Assembly (NCBI GenBank): GCA_032718475.1
Contig: JAUCBJ010008896.1
Location: forward strand, 62,001-126,000
Source: Nemertoderma westbladi
Taxonomy: Eukaryota; Animalia; Xenacoelomorpha
Reading direction: 5' to 3'
DNA: 64,000 bases
Shown: piece after piece, positions 14,574 through 25,194 of the stretch
How positions within the stretch are numbered: position 1 is the first letter of the stretch
Layout of the letters: every line of letters begins with the position of its first letter
The notes under the pieces: generated by a model
What the model was told of the DNA's origin: nothing
What the model saw: only the letters and a program-made list of their open reading frames with translations
Databases searched by the model: none
Program-made: the position numbers and the translations under genes

Positions 14574-14645
14574 ACAAAAACTTTTTTGTTTTCGTTTTTA
14601 TTATTATTATTAGTATATAATTTAATTTTTATTTCGAAGTGTTGA
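12582..14645 (+). CDS. Candidate repeat-protein reading frame (SQLL[S/T]DLPTLTA)n ending ...SQLISDLPTKTFLFSFLLLLLVYNLIFISKC-stop; last indel-free segment, no start codon seen
   Basis: Frame read by hand to TGA at 14643-14645. Common variants are synonymous (GCG/GCT/GCA Ala, GAT/GAC Asp) or conservative (S/T, L/I, D/N). Upstream the frame is broken by ~30 small indels. Confidence 0.35.
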   Translation, partial: SNLPTLTASQLLTDLPTLTTSQHLTDLPIITASQLLSDIPTLTASQLLSDLPTLTATQLLSDLPTLTASQLLSDIPTLTASQLLSDLPTPTASQLLTDLPTLTASQLLSDLPTLTTSQLLTDLPIITASQLLSDIPTLTASQLLSDIPTLTASQLLSDLPTLTASQLLSDLPTPTASQLLTDLPTLTASQLLSDLPTLTASQLLSDLPTPTASQLLTDLPTLTASQLLSDLPTLTASQLLTDLPTLTASQLLSDLPTLTASQLLSDLPTPTASQLLTDLPTLTASQLLSDLPTLTASQLLTDLPIITASQLLSDIPTLTASQLLSDIPTLTASQLLSDLPTLTASQLLSDLPTPTASQLLTDLPTLTASQLLSDLPTLTASQLLSDLPTLTTSQLLTDLPIITASQLLSDIPTLTASQLLSDLPTPTASQLLTDLPTLTASQLLSDLPTLTTSQLLTDLPIITASQLLSDIPTLTASQLLTDLPTLTAFQLLSDLPTLTTSQLLTDLPIITASQLLSDIPTPTASQLLTDLPTLTASQLLSDLPTLTASQLLSDLPTPTASQLLSDLPTLTASQLLTDLPIITASQLLTDLPTLTASQLLSDIPTLTASQLLTDLPTLTAFQLLSDLPTLTASQLLSDLPTLTASQLLSDLPTLTTSQLISDLPTKTFLFSFLLLLLVYNLIFISKC

Positions 14646-14959
14646 CATGGCTTTTTTCGAAGTGTTAACAAGAAAGTGTTGACATGGAATCAAATATGCA
14701 CCGACCACACCTAACAGGGAAGACGCCCGGGTGTGAAGGAAATGTGCCGTCACTGCGGTAAAGGCGCGCACTACAATAGCATGTGCCCGACCAAGTGTAG
14801 TGACCCATGCACACCACTTGTCTATCACACTCCACATGGGTGCCCGAACTAAAATCTCATCTCATCAAACAGCGCCATCCCCATCAATAGAGTGGCCCAG
14901 ACACGCCCCTTGGCGGTGGTGACAGGAAAAAGGACCAAAAAGGTAAAAGTGTCACCACT

Positions 14960-15212
14960 ACTTATGCTACGCCGGGTTCATTGTGTCAAGTACAATGCAC
15001 ACATCTCCAACCAGACACTATATAACATTGGAGGTGTCTCATTGGTTCCCCCAAGCTTGACACTAGAACAAAATCGCCTCCGCTTTGCAAGACATTGCTT
15101 TCGCCGTGAGGACCAGCCAGTGCATAATCTTGTACTTTGGCAGCCTCATGGAGTGAATAAGCATGGTGGACAGCCAATGACTTTCTTGAGACGCATCTTA
15201 ATGGGGCATTAG
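14960..15212 (+). pseudogene. 3' fragment of a non-LTR retrotransposon ORF2 (RTE-like C-terminus)
   Basis: NRLRFARHCFRREDQPVHNLVLWQPHGVNKHGGQPMTF resembles the RRLRFAGHC..R..LW.P.HG.R..GRP..T tail of RTE-group RT proteins. Confidence 0.65.
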
Positions 15213-16166
15213 TTGACTTATTTTGCGCACATTTTTATACAGTAGCTTTAGTCCATTAATTTGTATATTATGTTCAGTTATATCAATTTGGTGCAATTTA
15301 GTAGTAATTTAGACAGCCGTACCACCAACCAATAGGAAGCAAAAACAAGGGAGGGGGGGGGGGGGTTGCATGCAACCTGTCAAGGCTTTTACGGGAGGCT
15401 AACCCCACATCAGCTGCAAAGGGAGTTTGTTTGTAACTCTTGTGAGTGCTATCGAGTGCCTTGGGATACCTGCCACGTAGCAGGAACACTCACGAATGTT
15501 TATATATATATATATATATTATCTGGTCTGAAGGTACAATCAATTAATTTAAGTGTAACTTTAATATATTTTTATCTTGGTTTGGTGACTGTTAGGATAA
15601 TAATGTCATTTAACTGTGTGTATAAATATTTATCTTATCTGTATTATAATAATATATCTACTAATATTTCAGAAGTTATTAATTTAAGTGTATAGCCTCG
15701 GCACTATAAATTGCTTCAAGGGAATAAGGTAATATTTACGTGTAAACTGTTCCGTTATGTTGTGTTGTCGGTGGGTGAATGTACGTGTGACTTATTTATA
15801 TTACAGGTAGGACACTATGTTGGACCTAGTGCGTGGTAAGCGCACAGTTCACTCGTACTGCACACATCATAGTATCGATAGAGTTACAAGTTGGGGAATA
15901 ATATTGCAGTACTATGGACGCACACACTCGCACTAAATCTATTACAGATAGGAGGGCATAGTCAGCACTAACGGTATGGAAAGCAAGTTGGTGTGATCTC
16001 TGGTCTTGTATATTCATCAACAAAGTAAAGCAATAATAATAACTATAATACGAATATAATGTAATGATAAGAATTAATGCAAACAGTATGTACAGTATGT
16101 ACAATATGTACAGTAAGGTGAAATTTCATAGGTCCCTGTTAGTTACATAACTCGTAACAGGCTTAA

Positions 16167-18271
16167 TAGTGGGGTCGCTTAAGGCTGAAATATAGCAAAA
16201 TCGATAATTGCCGGACAAAAGCATGAAAATGTGACTATATATGTAAAAAAATGTGTAGATTAATCTGAGCCTGTGTACCAAAAAAATTGACTACTTCCCT
16301 AGCAACAGGGTGACTTTTTCATAGCAACGGGATACTTTTGGTCGTATCTGTTATTGAAACTCGCCATATATAGAAAAATTGCGATTATATTACTGGGTTG
16401 GTTTAAAAATAGAAGTCGAGTACACGTTCCCATAGCAACAAGGTGACCTTTCCCTAGCAACCGTTGTATATTTAATGTAATTATGATTGAAACGTGGGAT
16501 AAACAACATGTCTAGCAATAGAAGATGGTTATTAGTGACATCGGCGCTGATACACGTTTCCTTAGCAACAAGGTGACCTTTCCCTAGCAACTGCCTGCAA
16601 TTCTGATTGAAACTTGGGATCATGTTGGGATAATCAAACTGTATAGCAATATAGGGCCCATGTGAAGAATACCAGACTTTCTGCTGTTATATGTCACTTT
16701 GCAATTACTCCCTTCTGAAGTATACCAGGTTTTCACGAAGACCACAGGTTACAGAAGGGCTGAATCTAACCAAAACAATAAACGAATTAGTATATGTAAA
16801 GGTTATAAGACAGAAATAAGCGCTATAAAAACATTTTAAATATTTTAATGTGAATAATATATCCCAAAAGTTAGGTGAGGACAAATCAAAGGGTTTATTG
16901 ATGTTCCATGCCCTTAGTGGCTGTGACACCGTGTCCCACTTCAGAAATATTGGCAAAATAACTGCTTGGAAAACTTGGTTGGCCATGCCAGAAATCACAT
17001 CAACTTTCAAGACAGTATACGATCAGCCATTTAATCCCTTCCCAAATGGAATCGAAAGTGTAGAATTCAAAGAGTTGGAAAAATTGGTCATACGTATGTA
17101 TGTCAAAAATCAAACAGAACGAGTATAAATAATACAAGACGGGATCTATTCACCAAACGCAACTGCGCGATTGATCGCTTGCCACCAACTCAACACGCCC
17201 TTTACCAACATGTGATGCGGGCTACATATCAAGCCAGCGTTTGGGCAGTCTGCACACAGGACAAACCGATACTCCCTTCACCAGCAGATTTCGGTTGGGT
17301 ATTTAATACTCAATGGGATCCCGTCAGGAGTTCACTTCCAGACGCTGCAACGATGTGCTACAAAGTCATTAAATGTGCATGCAAAAAGCGCAATTGCACA
17401 AACTGCAAGTGTGGGAAGGCTGTGTTTAAATGCACAGAATAAGCACTTGCACTTGCTCTTGTTATTGATAACATATGATTCGTATAATTAAAAGAATTGG
17501 TATAACTATAATACTAAATAATTTAAATTTACAGCCTTATGGCTGTGTATTTGATGTATAAACACATTATCCTCATAAAGCCAAAAGTGCAATATTTCTT
17601 AAATATGGATATCACCTTTTGTTTCTATAGAAACGTGCATCACAGCTCCAATATAACTACTAACCATCTTCTATTGCTATAAATGCTGTTTATCTCCAGT
17701 TTCAATATTAATTACACTAAATTTCAGGCAGTTCCTAGGGAAAGGTCACCTTGTTGCTATGGAAACGTGTATCAGCGCCAATGTTATTACTAACAATCTT
17801 CTATTGCTAGACAGGTTGATTATCCCAAGTTTCAATCATGATTTCATTGAATATACAGCGGTTGCTAGGGAAAGGTTACCCTGTTACTAAGGAAACTTGT
17901 ATCAGCGCCTATGTCATTACTAACCATCTTCTATTGCTAGTCAGATTGATTATCCCAAGTTTCAATCATAATTCCATTAAATATAGAGCGGTTGCTAGGT
18001 AAAGGTCTCCTTGTTGCTATGGAAACGTGTACAGACTTATATTATAAACTAACCCAGTTATATAATCGTAATTTTTGTATATGGTGAGTTTCAATAACAG
18101 AAATGACCAATTTTACCCGGTTGCTATGTAAAAGTCACTCTGTTGCTAGGGAAGTAGTCAATTTTTTTGGTACACAGGCTCATATTAATCTACACATTTT
18201 TTTACATATATAGTCACATTTTCATGCTTTTGTCCGGCAATTAACGATTTTCACCTTAAGCGACCCCACTA
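16167..18271 (+). mobile_element. Academ (AcademX-type) DNA transposon, internally deleted derivative
   Basis: Termini TAGTGGGGTCGCTTAAGG...CCTTAAGCGACCCCACTA, TIRs of several hundred bp with internal CCTAGCAAC subrepeats, 3-bp TSD TAA (16164-66 / 18272-74). The flanks rejoin to match uninterrupted repeat X copy 3. Confidence 0.85.
16850..17442 (+). pseudogene. Academ transposase C-terminal remnant (XPG-like nuclease region plus Cys-rich finger), frameshift near 17125
   Basis: Motifs FHALSGCDT, GKITAWK, LPPTQHALYQHVMRATYQASVW, PSPADFGW, KCACKKRNCTNCKC. Confidence 0.8.
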
Positions 18272-18734
18272 TAAGATGGTATACGGTTATGACTGAAAAT
18301 AGCAGGAGGAACATCGACTATATATGCACTATAAGAATAGAACAGCCAATAGGGCGCAAGAAAATCGTAAAGTATAGCAACCAATAGGAGTTTTAGAGTT
18401 ACGGCAACCGATGCTGGGCAACAGACAAACAATCTCAACAGTGATATACAGCGCGGATTGGAGACGAAATATTATGCACTCCGAAATGGAATAGTTCTCT
18501 AATAAGATTTCGACATGCAGTTAGCCTGTGCAGCAAAACCGTTCCCTAAAATTACGTACAAGTTCAACAATCGTTCTATGAATAACACAAAATGGAGTTT
18601 TTTTGGAAATTTGCATGGAAAGGGGCATATACAGTCTTTCAACGGTTAAAGGCAACGTCCATATTAGATACTTTCTACATACAATTAAATGCGATAAACA
18701 ATCTAATGGGATGTCCTTCCAGGAACTAATAAAC

Positions 18735-18740
18735 TTTATT
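18735..18740 (-). promoter_or_regulatory. Candidate polyadenylation signal AATAAA
   Basis: TTTATT on +, about 20 nt downstream of the stop of the 18761-19384 ORF. Confidence 0.4.
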
Positions 18741-18760
18741 AAATCGTAGGATGTCGCGTG

Positions 18761-19384
18761 CTAGGGATGTATCTCGCGAAGGAAGCGTTGGACAAAGCGA
18801 GTGTTTGTGCAGGAAGCTACACGGTTGAGGAGCTCGTAACTCGGTAACCAAGCATGCCGAACATCTGTTGCGCAGGTGAAGGGGGCAACTGTGTATACCC
18901 CGAGGTGAGCTTTCGTTGCAGCGTATCGGGATGTGGTGATCGCATTGAGATCTGCGCATCCTTCCCACGATCGAATATATCGGGTGACGCTTGTTTCATC
19001 TTCTGTCTCGATGTCGGGGCCAAAGGGGCAGTTTGGACTACTATGTCCCTTGAGTTGGCAATGCTCGCACTGGGTGGCAAAGACCAGACAGGAGAAGAAG
19101 ATATGGTCGCCATGAACAGGGCAGTAGGGACAATAAAGTTCGATACGATTATCGGTGAGGCGCTCACAAAGAACTCCAGGTTGGGTGGGAGCCTTGTGAC
19201 CACAATATGCACAATGGACATGTTTGCAAAATAACGCATAGCGGAAACCTCGAACTGTGAGCCGCTCGGTTCCATGATACCAATCAATCAAGGCGGACTC
19301 ATTGTCAGGGGTGAGCATGACAGGGGCGGCTACTGTGGTCGCTTCTAGGTGGATTGGTTCCTCCGCTTGGTCGGGGGCATCCAT
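18761..19384 (-). CDS. Zinc-knuckle protein (CCHC) with an unknown C-terminal domain; probable 3' part of the retrotransposon cargo gene
   Basis: CEHCQLKGHSSPNC is C-x2-C-x4-H-x4-C (19028-19069), preceded by CPYCPVHGDHIFFSC and CAYC. GC is higher than in the flanks. Homologous to ORF 63497-63997. Confidence 0.7.
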   Translation of the reverse strand: MDAPDQAEEPIHLEATTVAAPVMLTPDNESALIDWYHGTERLTVRGFRYALFCKHVHCAYCGHKAPTQPGVLCERLTDNRIELYCPYCPVHGDHIFFSCLVFATQCEHCQLKGHSSPNCPFGPDIETEDETSVTRYIRSWEGCADLNAITTSRYAATKAHLGVYTVAPFTCATDVRHAWLPSYELLNRVASCTNTRFVQRFLREIHP

Positions 19385-20611
19385 AACATCAGTCTGTATT
19401 TGCCCAACCGTGAAAATGGTTTAATAATGGGTCTCTCGATCACCGATTGATGGAGATTGGAAGTACATACGTCTTGGAATATAGCGAAGCCACCGCTGGC
19501 TAGCTCATCTGCTGTGGAGCGACATAGCTCTCGCTGAGACAGTGATTTCACACGGAACTGACTGTTAATGTTGGTGAAGGGGGTTAAGAAACGCCGAAAG
19601 CATTCGAAGTTCAGGAATTTACCAAGTTCATCGAGTTTGGTGAGTTGGGTTCCCAACAACAACGGGTGCACTCTCAGCGTGCGGCTACAGACATCTGCAA
19701 GCCATCTTGATAATGCTTGGTTCTCGAATATGAGGTATATCACTAGCGAGGGGCGCAAGGGGACGATCATAAAGTTATATACAGCGGCAGAGGCGGTGAG
19801 CAGTCCTTGAAAGTAATAAGGCGAATATGAATCACCATAAACTTTGGAATACGTCTCGTGATCGGTTTCCTTAAAGTTCCAACCATACTCTTGAAACGCA
19901 ATGTGGCCAGAGGATGTATGGTCAACTCTGCTATACGTATCATTGGCATTGTGTCGATACATAACCCGGAAGAAGCTGCGGGATTGCGTCCAAGGAAAGA
20001 TGACTTGGGTGTCAATAAAGGGATATGGTATGTCATGGACTATAGGAAAATCATCGGTCAATTCCCGATATATGGCTGAACCGAGTTTGTAAACTGATGC
20101 GTCCAGGAGAATGTCCAGTACGGGTTGTGGCAATAATGCTGTGTCTATTCCCATGGCTGGGTGTCAGTTCGTGTCATTAACATAAGCCTCTGCTTTAAGA
20201 AATTGTTTATGTCTCGCACGATAGTTGATAGGCTGTCAAGGCTGGGAAAACGCTGCTGGTGCCGTGACAAGTACGCGTGAAAATGTACGTGGCTCCATTG
20301 AGGCCGCGGATATGAATCAACCGAGTTGAACCGAGCTCATGATCCGCCACTGAGCCTTCGTTATCATAGATCATAATGCCGTAACTGTGAATAGCATTAA
20401 CTGTATGTAACCATTCAGCATTAGCCACTTCGGTAGTCAGTTCTATCGGTTTCCATAACATATCCAATGAACTGGGTTCTCCACACGCTATTCTTATAAA
20501 TTCATAACTAGGCATTTTTCGTATATTCGCGTTTGATTCGCCAACATATCTCAAATCATCTTCAATGAGGGTTACATCCAAGTTCAAGTGGACGAGGCGA
20601 TGGTAATGCAT
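19345..20611 (-). pseudogene. DEDDy 3'-5' exonuclease-like domain (WRN/RNase D/EXD type), split over ORFs 20207-20611 and 19345-20154
   Basis: ExoI-like GIMIYDNEG...RLIHIRGLNGATYIF; LPQPVLDILLDASVYKLGSAIYRE (cf. LP..L..LL.D.SI.KVG.....D); FIDTQ. Joining needs a frameshift and an in-frame TGA at 20164-66. ExoII reads E and ExoIII YxxxD is not recognisable. Confidence 0.6.
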
Positions 20612-21789
20612 AAATGTTTCTTATACTCCAGTTATATTCCTCCGAGAGTCATTGTCGCTGTGTATCGAGATTATCTACTGAGTAGTCATTAGAAGTATCC
20701 GTAATTGTTATCAACAATGTGTAAATATATCAATAATTCAACAGAAGTAAACCAATGAGACAATATAATTGTTAAAATAACTTGAGTTTGTATAGGGCCG
20801 GTAATGCCCTCTATCCCTAGCCCGGAATGGACCCAAGCCACCCCTGGTCACGTTAGCGCCACTATGTCTACTCCCTAGCCAACAGATGTGGAAGAATGGG
20901 TGGAAGCCATGCGGCTAACGCGCTCGTGACCGGTCTCTCCAAGGGCTGTCCGTCGGGGGTTGTATTGACTGTTATAGTGCGACTGAAATTAGTCTGCAAT
21001 AGGGTTTCGGTTCGCTACAGTAAACACACAGAGAATAGCTGTTATTTTATTAGTACTATCACACAAACTAACACACCCAATGCCACAGCACGCACAAATG
21101 TCCGTTACGAAACCTACTATTTCCTGAATGTTAATATTTTAAATTTCCATGGATACTTATTAAATAAATTTAAAGGTATTAATTTTAGGAAAAATATATG
21201 ATAAAACTCTAGAAATTTAATAAAAGGGTTGAGCGAGTGACACACCAGCGTCCCAATGTTTTGAATTTGCAATTAATTTATCAATGATCAACATTCGGTA
21301 AATATAGTGGTAGAATAGGGTCTTGCTCATTCACACAGATCTGGGTCTACTGTGATATTATTACGTCTTTGTTGGTTGTATTATTTAATTTATTTACTTG
21401 GTTGTGGTGTTTGTCTGTATAGTATTGGTATTTATACTATTGTCGTATTAATGTCGTGATTAAAGGGTTGGTGGTATTAAACCATTAATGAATAATATAA
21501 ATATATAATTACGTGATCCAGTGACTTAACCTAGGTTTACTCATCCCTTGGGAGAGAGCCACTAAGTGGACCGCGACCGTTCCCATAATGCTTATTATTA
21601 CAGTGACTTATATTTATATGATATTGTATTAACAATATCAATCTAGGTTGGTTCTTGAAGTTTCAAGCCAACTAATAATTGACATCTCTTACTGTACTCT
21701 GGCAATTGACAAGAAGCGGGAGTAGTAATTAAGACTCTGCATTCAAGTGTTATTGGGCCGTCATAATACAGCAAGACCAAGGTTTTTTA

Positions 21790-22330
21790 TTGTCATGCGT
21801 CATGTTTAATACTGACTTATCATGACTAGTGTAATTTATTATCATTTTATTTGTTACTCCCTATATACTCGGGTTATACAAAAAGTGGTGGGCCGTCTCC
21901 AGAATTTATCCAGAGTTTGGTTTAACTGAAATAACGGATATGGATTCCGCATTCAATTGTATTATCACTGTCATCATACAATTTTTAAGGGTTTTGGTTG
22001 GCTGCGCATCATGTTTAATAATGACTTATCGAAACATGTTGTCAAGAGTTGGGCTCAGGTTTCATCATGCGTCGTGTATAACGACTTATCATGAAACATC
22101 CCACAATTCTAGAATCAGAATTCTAGAACATCTAGAATGTTCTAGAACGAAGCTCAAGTTTCAAGCACTGTGTATAAAACGATTTATCATGAAACATCCC
22201 ATAGTCCTATTGGTATTTGGGGACGGAAGCAATGTAAGTATAAATTACGTTAGCCTGTCAAGCTGAATATATGGCATATTTTTAAAAACGTATGGGGTCA
22301 GTGGTTAACGACGCAACATAACCCGTTCCC
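21790..22330 (-). promoter_or_regulatory. Putative PPT and start of the 3' LTR (U3-like region with repeated GATA motifs, HSE-like cluster, CCAAT, TATA-like box)
   Basis: The - strand reads GGGAACGGGTTA|TGTTGCGTCG (TG at 22318) just after the pol end. Four GA(C/T)TTATC repeats, TTCTAGAA repeats at 22105-22148, TATATAGGG near 21860. Confidence 0.45.
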
Positions 22331-22378
22331 ATGCTTGAGTGTGATATGCTGCGCACTGAAATGTTCCAAGGTAGTTAG

Positions 22379-24659
22379 TTAACTAGTACAATAAAAATAT
22401 ATCAAGTCTGTTAGCTTGACTTCTTGGTTGCCGTAGTTGCCAGATTCTTCGCTTGCCATTTCTAGCAGGCAGAGGCGGCCTATAGGATAGTTGAGTCTCT
22501 GGGGAACGAAGTTAAGTTTGCCTTTTTCCCTCAGCACTACAAAATCCACTGATCTTATCAGGCCATCCGCGCTGATGCATTTTTCTACTATCATTCTCCT
22601 TCCACATACGTGGAACGAGGACTCGAGCCCGCAATATAACTGGGCTGCTGAATCCTAGGGGGTCGAAATAAGCGCTGAGAATGCCTAGGCAAATACATTT
22701 GGTTCGGGTACCGCCCTTTCTCAACTTCAATTTAAATACCATAATGTCACTTTCTGTAAGCCAACGAAGACTTTTAATGGCTTTGTTTCCGGTAGGCCGT
22801 CCTTACTCAAGTCCAGTTCAGTATTGCCACACTCAGTGGAGGGTATGGCCTTTAAAAACTCACTGGAATTGCTTGTGAATTTCGTTAGGCAAAATCCTCC
22901 AAGTTTCAGGCAGTTTACTGTCCCTTGAGCAATGTCAATGGCTTCTGTTACGATCGGGGCTGATTTTGTGTTGTTGTCTATGTAAATATCCGTTTGATAT
23001 TATTTATGACTGGAGGTGGAAATTCATCCCTATGGTCATCAGCCATCCGATGCAGTCGTAAGTCGGGCGGTGTATCTAATAGCTTAGTCATCAGAGACAC
23101 AATGTTGGGTTCACTGTACCTAATAAGGAAATGTCTTGGTTTGAGGATAGGGGTGCATCACTATCACTGTCGGTTTGGTCAGGGGTAGTCAAGACGTCCG
23201 CTTCTGTCTTTATGGTCTCATTGCAAAGGTGGGTCACTAAATTGCAAGTGTCGGTGTCTGTATTTGTTGGTCCCATTCGCTCTAATAGAGTTTTCCGGGA
23301 AGGGCCGGTACAGAACCATCCCACTCTTGTCTGACAGGCGTAGGCTGACATTGGATCTGGATGTCTGGGTCGTTTCTCCAGAATTTCTAAGGCCTCGGGT
23401 ACATTTTGGCCTATCAACATCTGTACACCTGGGTAGTCTATTCCCTGGTGAACAAGGATTTGGCTAACTCTCCATCTATGAAGGTCCTCGTACTTCCTGT
23501 GTCCATTAAAGCATTTAATATAACGCTACTACTTCCCGTATGGAGCCAGACTTGGAGCACCAGAAAATCTCTGACTCTGGCATCCTGATATGACTGGGTG
23601 CTGGGATTGTTCTCCATTTTGAAACAATCTTCTGATACGGGTTCCTCATACGTAAAGGCCTCATACACGCTGACATGGTTGCAGCATTCATCGTTGTCTG
23701 TAAAGTCTCCAGGGTAGAATTCATCTGGTCCTTCTTCGGATGAGTCTGTCTCACAATCGGTGGAGTGTACACATTGGTCCATTCCTCCCTTCGGGACCCG
23801 GTCTACATGTAGCAAGGGGTGATGGGAGCCCTAACGCACTGGACACGTTTTTGTGTTTATTAGTCTGCACTTACGTCTCAAATGTCCCAGTCTAAGACAC
23901 AAGAAGCATGCCGACAAGTCCAAAGCTGTCTGTCGCCTCTCTATTAAAGTCTTTTTTAGGAAGGTGTCACATTTCACGAGTGGATGTGTGTCTATTTTAC
24001 AAAGAGGGCGCATACCGCGCGCGTGTAGAGCGTGTATCGTGTAGAGTATCCCAAACAGTATTTTTTATGCCGTCCACATGGCCCACATATTTCGTGGCCA
24101 TCTGTTTAGGGGGTCCTACCAGACAACTAATCAAATATCTAAGCTTCTCACGGTCGCTCAATGGCGAGTCTAGAATGCTATCCTTACAGAACTCCACAAA
24201 GGGTAACCATTTTAGCTCATCACCGTCGAACTTTAGAATTTGACCTGCAGAGACGCACTGTCGGGCCTCATTTCTAGCAATATGTCGGGTAAGGTCGGCT
24301 TGAGCTGCTGAAGAATTTAGTAAAATGTCGGTTAGATATGAGCTTTGGTCGTTCTGATGTACTGTATTCTCGGCATGAATACCACTCATATTGGAGGCAC
24401 GTTTTAAAAATTTTAGACCCTGTGACGCTGCTTGTGAGTCGACCTTCTTATTTGTTAGGGTGATATGATCTTGCATTAAGGCCACTTGTTGCTCTAAGTC
24501 ATCGTTTCTTTGTAATAGAGAATCATTTCTTTGTAATAAAAAATAATTTCTTTGTAATAGAGAATCATTTCTTTGTAATAAAGAATAATTTATTTGTAAT
24601 AAAGAATCAATGATTTCTCGAGAGTCGTCGTTGTTCGTGTTGGGTGAGGGGGCAAACAT
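22379..24659 (-). mobile_element. BEL/Pao LTR retrotransposon gag-pol remnant with internal deletions
   Basis: Gag KFDGDELKWLPF..SDREKLRYLISCL; knuckles CFLCLRLGHLRRKC..HHPLLH; protease ALMDTGSTRTFI; LIGQNV..TRVGW; RT end IYIDN..GGFCLTKFTSNS; Pao A17 region YFDPLGFSSP; integrase tail DGLIRSV..PIGRLCLLE. Most of RT, RNase H and integrase is missing. Confidence 0.9.
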
Positions 24660-25194
24660 AATGGGGATGTGTTCATTACTAGTAGTGATGGTGAGCTCAC
24701 TCTAGTTTGTACAACACTAACTATGGGTGCGATGGATCTACATTTAAGTTGTCTACAATCCCTCTGGTAAATATCAAGCAAAATAAAAACATGTGCAAAT
24801 AATACAACGCTAGTTCTACACATAATTGAAGTAGTTTACTTACACGGAAACTGTTGGACGCAGGAAGTATAGTAAAGTGATCAGTTTCACTACAGCCTAC
24901 TGTAACCAACCATTTGATGTTATGATGGTAATATAATTGATTGTACTGGGGGGGGGGGGGGGGGGGGGGAGGGGGAGGAGAACACTGTCTTGGGAGCAGT
25001 GTTGGAAAATGAAATTTCACTGTCAAGGCTTTTACGGGAGCTGGGAGGCTAATCCCACATCAGCTGCATAGGGAGTTTGTTTGTAACTCTTGTGAGTGCT
25101 ATCGAGTGCCTTTGGATACCTGCCACGTAGCAGGAACACTCACGAATGTTTATGTAATATATATATTATCTAATATATATATTATCAAATATAA

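Larger units (their letters stand above)
15377..18538. repeat. Unclassified dispersed repeat 'X' (~1.2 kb family), copy 1, split by the Academ insertion
   Basis: 15377-15500 is near identical to 25020-25150, and 15690-15890 to 26820-27020. It ends in GCAGTTAGCCTGTGCAGCAAAA like copy 2 and is the reverse complement of 45631-46580. Confidence 0.85.

Noticed and set aside
195-14671. Long - strand ORFs (RSWDAVRVG / EELGRSEGREI repeats) as genes
   Set aside because: Two overlapping frames are open simply because the 36-bp unit lacks stops. Starts are mostly TTG/GTG inside the repeat, and variants are less conservative than in the + frame.
18817-20092. Overlapping alternative-frame and antisense ORFs in the cargo region
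   Set aside because: Shadows of the GC-richer coding strand; only the main frames carry motifs or have a homologue.
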